Origin: Vermamoeba vermiformis
Lineage: Eukaryota
Assembly (NCBI GenBank): GCA_045837725.1
Contig: JBEWZL010000011.1
Span: 744,001-797,279, forward strand
DNA length: 53,279 bases
Direction of reading: 5' to 3'
In this document: positions 1 to 13,800 of the stretch, in pieces
Layout: each line of letters opens with the position of its first letter
Position numbering within the stretch: the stretch's first letter is position 1
The notes under the pieces: generated by a model
Told to the model about the DNA's origin: nothing
What the model saw: the letters and a program-made list of their open reading frames with translations, nothing else
Database searches by the model: none
Made by a program: the position numbers and the translations under genes

Positions 1-1720
1 TTACAAGCCTAAAAAATACCTCAAAGTCATGAAAGCGCCGTATCTTCTATTGGTCTCCAGAATGACAGCCTTCAAGTACGGGAAGTTATTGATATCAAAT
101 GTTGACACGCCCTTAGCGATGTTCTCTTGGTACTCTTTAATCACTTTCTCGCGAGCTTCTTTGTGGTTGGCGAGGCGCAACAAAGCCCAGGCAAATGTTC
201 CGGCGGTGTTGGCGTGGAACGCGAAGATCATGCCCATCAAATGGCCGGAGATGACCTTTGTTATTCAAGGTGAGCAATATTAGTGTTAAATCGCACCGCT
301 TACGTCTTGGTTAACGTCCTTAGTGTGACCGTTCATAATCATGTTGGTAACGTATTCAGGAGTAGTCTATTGAAGAATAAGAGCATATTCGTTGTTAAAT
401 ATGAAGTTCTCTTACAGTATTTTGCGCGTGATTGTCAGCGTCGTTTGTCAAAAAGTCCATAACAATTTTGGAAACGCGTTTTCTGGCTTCTTGGACCTTC
501 TTTGGCTTACCGAAAGGTAGGTACGGGATAATCATAGTTAAAGCGGCAAAACCTGAATTTATAAATTATTATCCGAAGTACATCCGCTGAAAATTGAAAA
601 ATTTTACCGTCGATTTCAAGAGTTCTGAAGTCTTCGACAAGATTATCGCGATGTTTGTTGTAAATAATCTCTCCGAGAATAATACGAATGGCAGTGCGCA
701 ACATGAACTTGCTGGCCTCGTGGAATAATTCGAGCTGTCATGTGTCAAAATTAATTAGGCTACATTTGGACTTTGTATTTGTGGTACACGTACTTTTTCT
801 GTGCTTGCGGTCCATTCATTGACGATTTTATCCGTTTCCTCTTTGATAACAGTAAAGAATATTTCTAATTGTTTGGGAGTGTTGATGCCTTGCTTAACGA
901 TGCTCGGAATTTTTTTGTTGAAGTTGGGATCTGAGTACAATTTGTCGTCCAAAATGTGGCTTACGAAATCGAGAATGCCACTATAATAATAATTAGTATA
1001 CATGTTAAGTATTTACAGCGATCTTACGCTTCAAAGCTGACTTCTTTGGGGTTCCAAGAGTAAAGTTTGCGCAACAACTCGGGATCCAATACATAGGTGA
1101 ATTGCTTCAAGCCCAAATCGAATTCGACGACGTCTCCGTACTTAACAATATTTTGATTAATATGAAATCACGGGATTTTGCGATTTAGATTTGTACCTTC
1201 TTTTTAGCCCACAACAGCAACTCTCCGGGACGTTCACCGTACTCGACCGCAAGTGGTTTCCAAGACGGTGACTTGACTTGATGAGGCAACTTAAGACCAG
1301 CAGGAACGGCGACCTGTTTAATTTGTGTTAAAAATCCTGCAATTTACAAAAGATTTCATGACGATCCGTCAGCGGAATAACTATAGAGCTTGGCGGTTTC
1401 ATAGCATAGCGAGAATGTTGCAGTTAATTATTACAATATGAAGAGCTCTTTTACTTGATGTGCACAAGAAAAAGATCCGATCTAGCTGATCGCAAGCCGA
1501 AAATTTGTTGAAAAAACGTTGGTTGTCCAGTAAATCATTTAAAATAATTCTATGATTTTTAGCCAACGATTCAGTTGCCTGACATGCGCGAGTCACGCGA
1601 TCTTGATCAACAGTAAAAAACAACAGTTGAAGTCAAACTTACTTGTCTCTTGCCACTGAGTAACTTGATAGCCAACAGAACTGCAATACCTCCAGCGATG
1701 ACGATAATTACGGAGACCAT
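1..1720 (-). CDS. Cytochrome P450 (CYP51/CYP7-clan-like), multi-exon, 3' end outside the window
   Basis: ATG at 1720 opens an N-terminal membrane anchor (MVSVIIVIAGGIAVLLAIKLL). I-helix GMIFAFHANTAGT and K-helix ETNR (ExxR) are present. Short GT-AG introns. Paralogue of the next gene. Confidence 0.9.
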
Positions 1721-1962
1721 TGAAAAATTAATACGAACGATTGTTCTATCGTGGTGCTCTCTACAAGAATAATGAAAATCTAACGGCCGCCAAACATTTT
1801 AATTTTATTTCGGGTGTTCGCGCTCCGGATTTTTCGGGTTATTGAAGGAGTAACAGTAATTCCGATCTGACCCGAAGTGGAAGTATGCGTGTACATTAAT
1901 TGCACGCAGGTAATATCTCTGTATACATCGCGTTTAGTATTCCTATAAAACAACTAAAGCAT

Positions 1963-4126
1963 TTATTTCTTGGTCACAGTAACATAGTACGGATCCTTCG
2001 GGAAGAAGAATCCACTTCTCTGCCAGTCGACACGGGGCAATTCGGGGCTCTTGGGCGTCAATTGATAGTCGCTACATAGATAATTAATCGGGCGTTATTG
2101 TCATTGACTTCGATCAACTTACATAAATAATCTGGGTATCGCGTTAATGAAAATCATGTAGGCGATCTTTTCGCCCATACACGGGTGCCAGCCTAAATTC
2201 GATAGCGCATTTAGTACCAGTATGACTTCAACGCCGAATATATTCGCCATACCTGAGCCAAACGGGTTGAAGTACTGCAAAAACTTTTGATTTTCGAAAA
2301 AGCGATCTGGATTCCACTGTTGACTGGGTTAGTACGTTTCATCACATGAACTTGTTATAGAATCATACTTCCTCGGGGTTAGTAGCAAGATCAGGATCGT
2401 TGCCGTTGACCCAACTGGAGGCAGCAATCAGTCTGCCCTTGGGAATGAAGTAGTCACCAAGCTGCGTGTCCTTCACGGCTTTTCTGTCGTTTATAGCGTT
2501 AATGACACCTATTTTGAGTTTATTGTGCTATATGAAGGTACCTGAGATGAAAAGCTGAGCCGTATCGGCGATTGGTTTCACGTGTCACAGCGCGCATGTA
2601 GGGGAAGTTGTTGACTTCAGACATGTCCACACCGTTTGCCATGTTGTCTTGGTACTCTTTAATAGCTTTGTCTCTGAAAAGGCGACATTAGCAAAGATTT
2701 GGATACCAACCCAAACCTAAACTCGCTCACCTAGCATTCTTGTTGTGGACGAAGTGAGTCACCGCCCAAGCGTAAGTGCCGGCAGTATTGGCGTGGAAGG
2801 CGAAGAGCAACGATACCATGTGCATAATGGTCTTTTCAATCTGTAACAATGTTTAGATCAAGCGCTAGTTTGAAATATGGTGAACGTACGCCTGCCAATT
2901 CGTGATTCTTGCCACGTAAGAAGATGGACAAGTAGTCAATAGAGTCTGGCTGTTACAATAAAGTTATTAACAGTCTACAAGGGACCAGGTGACTTACGTT
3001 GTCCTCGACGTATTTTTCAGCATCGTTGCGGATGAAGTCACCCAATAATTTGAACAATCGTTCTCTGTACACTTGAGTGATCTTAGGTGAACCAAAAGGA
3101 AGATTAGGAAGCAAGGCTGTCAGTGAGGAGAAGCCTAAAGTACGGGTTTAGTGTTGACTTGAGTCAGTTCAACGATTTTACCATTAATTTCTAGGCCGCG
3201 GAAGTCATTGATAAGCACGTCACGGAAGTTGTTGTAGATATAATCGCCTAACATAATGCGCAAAGCCATACGCAGGACCATGTTGCTGGCTTCTAAACTG
3301 AGCTCGATCTGTGTGACGGGCTGTGTCAGTCACCCGTGATTAATAAGTATATAATTATCGCGTACTTCACCGCGATCAATCCACTCGGCAATAATTTTGT
3401 CAGTCTCTTCTTGGATCAAGGGCTTGTAATTGACGAGACTCTTGTTGGTCATTAAACCTTGCTTAACGACACCGACGCTCTTTTTGTTCCATTCTGGGTT
3501 ATTATAAATATCCTCTCCAAAGATATGCTTTACGAATTGAGTGATTCCTCTAGGATGAATTATTAGTACGGTCGGAAATAAGAGGCCCGAAAATCTCGTG
3601 GTGATGACGCCATGACGTCGGGTCTCGATCGTTATTATAATAAGTATTAAAGACGTACTCTTCGAAATTAATTTCGGCAGGGTTCCATGAATAGAGCTTG
3701 TTGCTAAGTTCGGGATCGAACACGAAAACGAATCTTGCCAAACCAAGATCCATATCAACGACCGGCCCGAACTACATTAATACCGTATAAATTAATTGCG
3801 TCCGTAAAAAGCAATAGTCAACAAGAAATTGAGCGATCCATACATTTTTCTTAGCCCACAGCATAAAGTGAGTTGGTTGTTTGCCATATTCGATAGCCAG
3901 AGGCAAGAAGGACGGAGACTTCACTTTTACCGGCAATTTCAATCCGGCTGGTGCAACAACCTGCGCAAATTAATTAATCAAGATCTGTCGCGGATGTACT
4001 TTATCCAATGACCCGCTGAATACAATAAAATATTATTAGTAATTTTTAAAAATTATGTACCTGTTCTCGCTTAAGGAGTTTCCAAATGAGAAACGCTGCG
4101 GCTCCAGCGAGGATGTAGATCAACAT
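1963..4126 (-). CDS. Cytochrome P450 (tandem paralogue), complete multi-exon gene
   Basis: ATG at 4126 (MLIYILAGAAAFLIWKLL). Motifs: I-helix LLFAFHANTAGT, ETNR, PDRF, and heme motif FGSG|WHPCMGEK spliced across the intron at about 2195-2252. Stop at 1963. Confidence 0.93.
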
Positions 4127-4171
4127 TATAATTGATTTGTGTTTGTAGTGTTCGCCAATAGAATGGCTTTT

Positions 4172-6444
4172 TTAAAACTCTAAAATTTCGGTGTCCAGAT
4201 ATGTCGAAAGAACTTTTTTTCCGAACGTCACGGTAAAATCCCTTTTTGTTCCCAAGCTTGCAACAATTGAAACACAAGTATTATTGAATTGTTTATCACC
4301 GATTATCATATTACAAGTCCAAGCTTGGGGTAACGGCGGCGTAATTGCCTGTAACTTTGTTTTCGTCGCTGTAATTTCGCTTTTCTGAAGCGTGCAAGTG
4401 TCGCACAATGATCTTCAAGCCTACAATAGCAAACGATATTAGTATCAATATAATTGATTTGCTCGCAGCGGCAGATATTACCAGGATTAATCACGTGCAA
4501 ACCAATGTGCCTGAATTCCCAAGCCACACGGTTGTCGCATCCAGGGTACCCGAGCGCGAAGTCAATATTCAGTTCTTTGTTGGCGTGAGGTTTGATCATT
4601 GGAGATTTGAAGATCCAAGCGTCCTAGATGATCGTGTTAATCAGATCTGCAGGTTCGTAACGACGAGGTTCTACGTACTTGACTGATAGGCGAGACCCAC
4701 TCGTTGAATTGAATAGTACCCTTCGATGTTACATCATGTCGTGACAGAGCCAAGAATTTTCCGTCAATGTAACCGCGAATGAGCTCGCGTAAAGTATGAT
4801 CAAAGTAGACATCGAGATTGGCTAAAATACAGATCTGACCCTTGAGCTCGTTGTTGCAAAAGTCAATGGCCTCACTGTACTTCAATCTACGGCCAAGCAC
4901 GGGGCCTTTAATGATCTTCGGGTTATTGTCGAACAATTGCGCCACATCCACGTCGTTCTCCAAAAAGAAGTATATGTTGTCAATGTATCTATTCTTCAAA
5001 TTATTTTCAATGCATTGCATCAACTCTTTTCTTCGGTCTTCGTTCTTTTCTTCATAATACTGCAGCACAAGTTAGAAAAGTTCAAGTTAACGTACAACAC
5101 TACGTACTTGAACTACTAGAGTGATTTTCAAGGGCTTGTTCTTCTCTTTCGGTTTGGCTTCTTTTTGCCACCATTCTTCAGGCTCGTTCACATCGCGATT
5201 AACGAGGAGATTTAACAGCAGAGGTGATCTGCACTTAATGTTAGCTTTACCATTTAGTTGTGCTCGTGACTTACCCTCGTACTGTGTGCTCGCTCGACAA
5301 TTGAGTACCGCACGCTGGACATGGCATTGACGGCAAACCATCGGGGGCAACGAAAGGAGTCTTGCATTGAATGCACTGGATCACATTCAATTTGAATCCA
5401 CAATCGCATCTAGGCAATGACTATTAGCTACGGTGGATCAATAATAATAATGAAGGCAAAGGCTTACCTCATGCAACGCTCTCCTTTTCTACGGAATACG
5501 GATCTCTTGCACACGCTGCACTCCGCTTGTGCGTCGACTGTCAGGGATGTTAGACTCGAAACAGATAATCATCATACAAATGTGACTCACCGACGATGAC
5601 TGGCAAGTTGACAGCTTTGCAGTAATGACACTCGATGGACCTGTCTTTGCGTTTGTATTGCAGCATTTCACCGCAAACTGTACAACTGGATGACAAGACT
5701 TCGTCTGGCGGCAGTTCATCGACGAGAATGAGTTGTTTTTTGCGTCCATATGGTTGTGACTCGTTGTAGATAGGGCGTGAATCAGCGTCCTCGTCTGAAA
5801 TCCGGATCAAACCAATTAGCCAACAAAAATATTGTCACCTATTGTGCAAACATACCATCGTCAATATAACTGTCCATGCTAGGAGCAGGAGCATGTGTTT
5901 GGCTTGGTGAAGTGGGTGTGTATGACGTATTTGACACGGGAGTGCTGTGTTGAGGGGCGTAATTGGTAGTTTGACTCGGAGAAACGACAGGCAAGGGAGT
6001 GTTGTTAGCCTCTTTACGTACATCACCCTTGACGGTAAAATACACGTCGTCGCCGTCTTTAAATATTCTCGAAGTTTTCTCGCTTGCTGGGAACGCTTGG
6101 CGTCTGTGGAAGTGAATTAAAAATAATTCCAAAAATTCGAAAAAGCATGGAAAATGATGCAATTAAATTGTAAATTAATATTGAACCAGGAAATAATTTA
6201 AAAATAATAACGCTAATAATACCTTTCATTGGCAACCACAAGATCTTCCTCTGACAACGGATTTGCACTGTTTTTCTTATTATATGCGTCCACGAATTGC
6301 TTTAAATAATTTTTAGCGATTGACAGGTTATTTCAATGCTATGTCCAAATAATGTTTTACCTTTCGCAAATCCTTAATGGTACCGTTGCTATTCTCCCAA
6401 CGCACAATTACAGTAGACTCTCCGTAATGGCAATAAAGCTTCAT
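4172..6444 (-). CDS. Multidomain protein: PB1/ubiquitin-like N-terminus, three CxxC..CxxC (LSD1-type) Zn fingers, C-terminal glycosyltransferase-like domain
   Basis: Manual splicing gives a continuous frame from the Zn fingers (CTVCGEMLQYKRKDRSIECHYC; CSVCKRSVFRRKGERCMRCDC; CIQCKTPFVAPDGLPSMPCPAC) into ITLVVQ|YYEEKNEDRRKEL...ANLDVYFD...LALSRHD...SQDAWIF...LGYPGCDNRVAW. Putative start is MKLYCHYGESTVIVRW at 6444; linkage of that N-terminal part is less certain. Confidence 0.7.
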
Positions 6445-7213
6445 ATTGAAATAGAGAGTTGTGGATAAGTCAAACGAATTAGCAATAAAGTCAAATAAAA
6501 TCTTTTTTGTATTTTTAGTTTTCAGCCGCCTCGTCCATAACAGGACATCCTCATTAAACCAATTGCGCATTTGCGATACAGTATGCATAATGAGTAGTAT
6601 CCGAGACAAGATTTTTTGAATGGACAAATCTGGCTTGGTAAGTTGCGGTTAATTAAGATTCGCGAATAATACAAAATTACTATGGAAATATTTGTGCTTT
6701 AAATTAATTCGCCTTTTTTAGAAAGATACTGCCGCTGTTTGAGGATCCACGATTTATTAAAGATTTTTAGAATAAATTTGATTGGTATAATCTGATAGAT
6801 TCTGTATACAATCTTGAATATATTCATAATACTTGTATTAACTGATTAATACTAACGCAATATTCTCTAGGCAAAACAAGCCACTATTCTGAATTATGTC
6901 GTAAACCGCTCAGAATATTGTATTCTTGGTACATCGGTTAGTATTATTTTGTCAGCTCATACTTACATACTTGATCGTGTACTAACCGAAGACAAATCTT
7001 TTTCAGATTTCTTTCGCTTAAAAAGGCAAAAATCTACCAATTTACCACGCAATCGTCGGTTGATTGCTGTAATGCTTGGGAATATTCACATTTACTTGCG
7101 GTTGCCTCATACTTCTCCGCGGAGTAAATTTAGAGCGGACACATAAATAGCGAGCTCGACGATGTTCATTGTATTCAATTTCGCTACAAGAGGAACACGC
7201 AAGCTTGATAGAA

Positions 7214-10200
7214 ATGTTCTACGTTATCATTGCTAGATATATTAGCATCGCTAGATATAGCTTGTTGATAGCATTGATATCTCTGCTGTTTATCTTTCCT
7301 TCAATCTTGACCGCGTAAGTAAATTTACAAAATGCATCCGGTTCTAAAATCGCTCGTAGTAGTTGTACAGCTGATTGGGCTTGCGGTGCCAACGAATACT
7401 GCAGTTATCAATCGTGCTTGACCGCAAAGGGTGCTTCAGTTAGCTCTTTCTATCCGTTTGGCTCGAATAACGGTACGGTGGATCTTCGATAACGTCTTTC
7501 ATTTCTAATCATTTCTTAGGCGACAAGTCGTTAATTGGAGACGACGCCAAAGCAGTTGTTTCCAGGAATCTCAGTTTTCCATTCGCGGGCACGACGTACA
7601 GCTACATGTTTATCAGCAGCAATGGTCTGATCTCTCTCGGCAATGACAAGTCAGCACCGTTCAGCCAATTGGATCCGCGTGCATTTCCTATTGAAAATGT
7701 CACCTTCATTGCTCCTTTGTGGCTTGATTATGGTACGTTGCTCATATCTATTGTTGCTATTCTGTTGCTGATTGATTGCTTGTAGACAACCGTCAGACTC
7801 TGCCCAACGGCGCTAATTCCATTTACTACCGCGTGGTTTCCGATGAAGACACGCTGTTCAACATCAGTGACGATGTGAAAGAGAATTTTGATTTGTCGGG
7901 GCTCGATTTCTCCGCTACCAGTGCAGTCATTGCCACTTGGTTTAAAGTCGCTAAATATAAGCGTTTCAGCGACAACTTGAACACTTTCCAAATTGTGCTT
8001 GCTACTGATGGTCAGCAGAGCTTTGCCATCTTATTCTACAATCGTATGTAGTCTACCAGTCAATGATGTCATGTTACTAACAGCTCTATGAAGACATCGG
8101 TACCACTCAAGTTCACGGTCTATATGCTCGTGCAGGCTTCAATGCAAATTCGGCCGGTGTCACAAGCATGGCTTATGAACTGCCCAGCAGCGGCACATCA
8201 CTCGTGGGCTCTACTCTCGAGCAAGATTCAAATGTCAATGTCGCAGGCAAGTGGATGTTTGAAATCTCGAGCACCACTGTGAACGTGCCTACGTCAACAC
8301 CAATCTCCGAGCCTGTAGCCGCTCCTGTATCGACTCCTGTCTCAACGCCTACTTCACCACCGGTCAAAGCACCAGTAGCAACCCCTGTATCTGTTCCTGT
8401 TTCCGCCCCTGTGTCACCTCCCATTAAGGCACCTGTTGCCACGCCCGTTGCGGCGCCTGTTTCTCCGCCAGTGAAAGCACCTGTTGCCACGCCCGTGTCA
8501 GTCCCTGTTGCCACACCAGTTTCTGTGCCAGTTTCAGCCCCTGTGTCTGTCACGACCTCACGTCGTAGTGTTGGCAATGCGATCACAACTTCGGCGCCGT
8601 TCTACTCGTTTCTCATGAATCACCCACTCACTCCACCTGCGAGTTTGCTCGGCCCAATCCCGATGCCGTATCCGACTAATTCATGGCACACGAACATGTG
8701 GCTCAATCAAGGCAACATGCCTATTGTCACCAGCCCGTATATTGTTGAAGTGCGTAACACTGGTGTTCAAGTCAGTTATTCCGCTCGCAGTTTCACTGCT
8801 ACCAATGGCAATACAGTCTTCACCGAAAACTTTGCTATGTTAGTGAAAGAAACAATTGCCCAGCGACGGGTTTTGGACTGGGACTTACTGTCAGTCACAC
8901 TGATTTGGTCGAACAATCAGCCCACTACTTACGATCCGAACACCATCAACTACGGCACTCGTGCTAACTCTATGATTGCACCGTTGGTTCAAGGCAGTCC
9001 ATACATCACTACTAAATGGGACGGACTTACTCCTGTTATAACTACCGTGCACGCCATTCTTTCAATCAACGGTGCGACCAGCTCTACGGTCACTGGCACC
9101 AAGTTTAAGATTGCACTCAACAATGGCCAGACTTGGATTCTCTACGCTAGTAATTCAATCACTTTCACTTGGTCTGGATCAACGCTCACGGCCACGAGCA
9201 CTTACACTGGAGTTCTACGCGGTGTCTGTTTGACGGACTCTTCATTCGAAACTACATTAGACCAGTACAAGAACAGCGTGCCCATTGCATCTAAGGTCGG
9301 CTGGACCGCGACAGGTGATACTGCTGTCCTTCAATTCGACTACATTACTGAAGATGGCTCTGCACCATTGATGATGACACTTCCTCATCACCGCGACATG
9401 ATGACTGGCGTTACATACGTGATGACAAACGCCTATGTCACGATGAAGGGCAAGATGTCTGGACTTGTAGGCCTGAGCTGGAAAATGACCGAGCAACTTA
9501 CCACAATAACATGGGGTGCCCCGAGAAGCATTCCAACGCAGTACGTTGAGTCCATTCGCACGGCGCTTCAAGCAGACCAGTCGATGACCCAAACAGCTAG
9601 TGACACATACACCAGCGGCAAGAACTTGGCTGCTGTTGCACGCTTGGCGCTTATTGCCGATGAAATTGGCGAGACAACGATTGCATCAAACATTCGCAAT
9701 CGTTTGAAGACTTTGCTGCAGAATTGGTTTAATGGGCAAACGTCAGACAAAATCATTTACGATCGCACGTGGGGTGGTGTCACTTCATCGAATGGCATTA
9801 AAGACAGTGGTGCCGATTATGGACTTGGTTACTACAACGACGTTCACTTCCACTTTGGCTACTTTGTGTACGCCTCAGCAGTAGTGGCCAAGGGTGACAG
9901 TGCTTGGGCGACAACATGGGCACCTGCCATCAACGATCTTGTGCGTGCCTATGCCAATCCAGTGCATGATAGTTACTTCCCAGTCACGCGCATGAAGGAC
10001 TGGTACGCCGGTCACTCGTGGGCCTCAGGTCTATTCGAGTTTGGTGACGTGAAGAATCAAGAGTCTTCGTCAGAATCTATCAACGGCTACTATGGCATGT
10101 ACCTCTGGGGTCTCGTGTCCAACAACGCCAACTTGCGCGATCTTGGTCGCTTGATGCTCGCACAAGAAATCCGCTCTACTAAAAAGTACTGGCACATGGA

Positions 10201-10576
10201 CAACAAATCTAATGACGTCTACGATCAAGTATTTGCTGACAACGGTTGTGTTGGTATTGTTTGGGGCACGAAGGTTGACTTTGCTACTTGGTTCGGAGCC
10301 AACATCGAGTACATCATTGGCATTCAAATGATGCCCTTCACGCCCATCACGGAAGAGTATATGAACAGCGCTTGGGTTAGCACGGTTTATCCAACATTAT
10401 CCACTGCTCTCACACGTGCTAGTCCAACGATTCAAGTAGGCTGGCGTGGCTTCATCTACATGGCCCAAGCTGTGTTGGATAAGGCGACTGCATGGACCAA
10501 CATCAATACACTCAATGGCTGGGACAACGGAAATAGCAAAACAAACGCGTTGTATTGGATAGCAACGCGCGCATAA
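7214..10576 (+). CDS. Secreted NIDO-domain + Pro/Val/Ser/Thr linker + GH81 endo-1,3-beta-glucanase
   Basis: Signal-peptide exon at 7214. NIDO motifs: FYPFG..GD, FPFAG..Y..MFISSNGLIS, FIAPLW, IATW, NTFQIVLATDG..SFAIL, SNVNVAGKWMF. PVxxPV linker. GH81 motifs: YPTNSW, YYNDVHFHFGY, KDWYAGHSWASG, NQESSSES, GIQMMP, DNGNSKT. Confidence 0.92.
8309..8551 (+). repeat. 12-bp-period coding repeat (P-V-x-x)n forming a mucin-like linker
   Basis: About 20 tetrapeptides (PVAA, PVST, PVKA, PVSV and similar) between the NIDO and GH81 domains. Confidence 0.85.
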
Positions 10577-10871
10577 GTGTCAATGCGACTCTTGTAAATA
10601 AATTGTTAATTTGAGCTTCTATTCCTTAGTTCCCTTTTAGTTGCGTAACGGCGTCTATCTGCGTGGTGTATTCTGTTCAACAATTTAACGTCAATAATTT
10701 TGCGGACGAACCAGCAGGTTGCGGAAAAGCGGAAATTGGTGAAATCCTCAATAAATTTACCAGTTTCAGTAATGAAGAACAATTTCAGCGTTTCAATTAA
10801 TTATGGATTACGTTATCAGAATATAACCGCAGGGAAGGCGGATTTCCACTTTGTAAAATTTAGGGTTGAAG

Positions 10872-13800
10872 ATGGAGCGAAGTGATCTCGAAACAAGCGC
10901 TTCCGATGGATCGGACACGAAAGAAAGCAGAGAAAAAATTAGCAATAATATTTCCACAAATAATGGCGAGGAAACAGAGAAAGAAGAGAAGATTATAATC
11001 GACCCGGATCAGATTACAGCCATTGCTGGTCAAGCAGCCGTAGACTTAGATGAGTAGGATTACGATAAATTATTTCTTATTTTTGACAATTATTTTTTAG
11101 AACATTTCCTTGGATGCAATACCGCAAGGTTCTGCGATCCACGAAACAGAATTACGAGCCGAAGCGCAAGTTCTCTATCGTGTGGGTGTCAGTATTTATC
11201 GGCGCATTTATTGCTATGGCTGTCATTATCGGTCGACGAGGTTCTTGTAAGTACAGCAGCCATGATTCGAAATTGAAATTCTGAATTTTTTGCTAATTTG
11301 GATTTTCTTCCCAGTGTCACCACTTGCTATCGCACTCATCGGAGTGATTATGATCATGTTGATATTCTTAATTGTTGAAGCCACGACATTTGTACGGTTT
11401 GTTTGGGCATGGATCTTTTTGGGTATGGAATTGTTATTTTCGATTAGTCAACAGCTCACGAATGACTAGGCGTGCTCACATATATTATGGTACCCGACGA
11501 TGCGCATGATTGGGTGATATTAGCAATCGCTGCCTTAGAAGTACTCACCGTGCTTGGCTACGTTCTTCACCACTACGCGTTTGACAAGTGTTACAAAGGC
11601 TGTTATTGGAACAGTTGGAAATTCGATCGTCTCAGTCACAACACGTTTAGGTACATCAAAATGACCTTATTAACATTAAATATAACCGTCACTCTAGATA
11701 CAAATCGAGAATTTGTCCGCGCATTTTCAAAGGTCGCGTGCGTTACATTGGTCAATTAGACGAGAACAGCAGACCTCACGGACTTGGAGAGTGGAACGAC
11801 AGCAGCAGACACGGCGAAAATATCAAAGGTAAGTCGCATAGTGTACAAGTGACTTGTCCTTATGAATGCAGGTCACTGGAACCACGGCAGGCTCGAGGGT
11901 CCGTACATTAGTCGTGAAAGTGGCACGGGAAGCATGTTTAGTGCCGTACGTATCGGATACATCACCGACACACGCAAATGGAACAAAGTTGTCGTTAAAG
12001 TCAAAAAGTAAGGGTCGTGGCGGTCTGACTAATGATCTAACTCCATTCTTTTTAGATCAAGAAGCCCTTTGAAATTTGGCGTGGCTGTTGTCGAATGCTC
12101 CATCTCTGGAAAGTTTTCGCAAGTATGTACTGGTCATGGAATACATGTCTATGACTTCTAACAATCCTCAAGCATTTCCCAAACGCCTATTTGCTCAGCG
12201 GCCCCGACGTTTGCGAGTGTAAAACGGCCGAGGAAGACACGACTGAACTGGATGAGCCAACTAAATGCTTGTGTACCGCGAAGATATTGGGCGATATTTT
12301 CACGCTTACGAATGCTAATGAAGTGGTAAGCACCTTAACTAAAACGAACAGTAATAATCAATTATTTAACAGACGGAGTTGGTGGTGAATGCAACAGGAC
12401 AAGGTATCGAAATTCCGGGTCTAGTGCCGTCCTCAGCGGTAAGCTAGTTATTTTTTGTTTATTGGTTTGTGCTTACACTTCAACAGGAAGACGCATTCAG
12501 CGTGACGATCAATTACGTACCAAACGCTCAAGATACTGTAATTAACATTGACGAGGACACTTCGAGCACTGATACCAGGGAGCACATCGATGCCAAAGTA
12601 TCACCGTTAAGTGTGTCAAAAAAACACAAGTTCGAAGCAGAAGAGGATGGTACGGTTGAGCAGTTTGTACTCATTGACTAACAGCCGTTTATAGCACAAA
12701 TCCGACTATCCAAGAGAGATAACACAAGTGACAGCCCCACTGCGATTGTCGCAAGTACAAGTATGATTGGTGAGTCGATGCAGAAAATGACACTCAGCGG
12801 TGAGGTCAGCGAGTCCACGAAAAGTACAAAAAAGAAACGCAAGTCGAAAAAGAAACGAAAATCAGCCCGCAGCTTTATTGGCGATGACACACTACCTGCT
12901 CCGGTGCTGGGACCAAGGTTGCTTGTAGACGGTTGGAATGCCTCTGCTTCAGCGAGCGAAGTGGTAAGTCGATTAAAGTAGAAGTAGAGGGTTTAATTGC
13001 GTGCACAGGAAATATTGTTCTTTATTGGCGGCTACAACTCACCGCTCGAAACAGCCCTAAAACGAATTGCGCAAATGGTACGTTATCAAGACAGACTTCA
13101 AGCACCAGCCTAACATAGTGTCTAGCTCGCTATCGGCAACTTTCCGCCTCACATTAAACCGATTGTGTTCTCGTGGCCCAACGGCGGTGCTTTGAGTTAC
13201 TTTTCGGCGCTGAAAGAGGGTGCCAAGTCAGACATGACACGTCAAGATTTGTTGAAGGCTCTCGATAGTTTTATGTATGTTACAATGGCTTTCTACACGC
13301 GCGAACTAACATTGAACAAGTGACGCCGGCGTTCGTAAAATTCACATCATGGTGCACAGCATGGGCATTCAAGTGTTCTTCAACTGTTTGTCTCACTTAG
13401 AGTACGTTGCGTTATGTTCTGTTACTTTAGTTCTAATTGCATTGAAGGAAGCGATTTTGCAAACTAGATGAGCGACGTGCATCGAATCAGCTGTATTTGA
13501 AGGTATTGATAATTATAGTATTGATGAATATTGACAGTTTTGTTAGACATTTACCATGCTTAATCCCGATTACGGCCTGGATTTGTTTGTTGACGAAGAG
13601 TATTACAAAATTAGAAATCTTTGTCCAATCGTGTCCCTTTACGGTGATAAGGTACGTTCACGCCACAGTCCGGCAAATAATGACCATGTTGCAGGAAGAC
13701 AAAGCCCTCTTCATCTCTCAGTGTATCAATAAGTTTAAGTCTCTTGGGCGGAGCATTAGGCCATTAAAAGATAGCAACAACAAGTTGCTTGACATGGGTA

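Noticed and set aside
8173-10327. Antisense ORFs over the GH81 gene (and over the GPCR at 32284-33876)
   Set aside because: Shadow frames of strong sense-strand genes, with no independent motifs.
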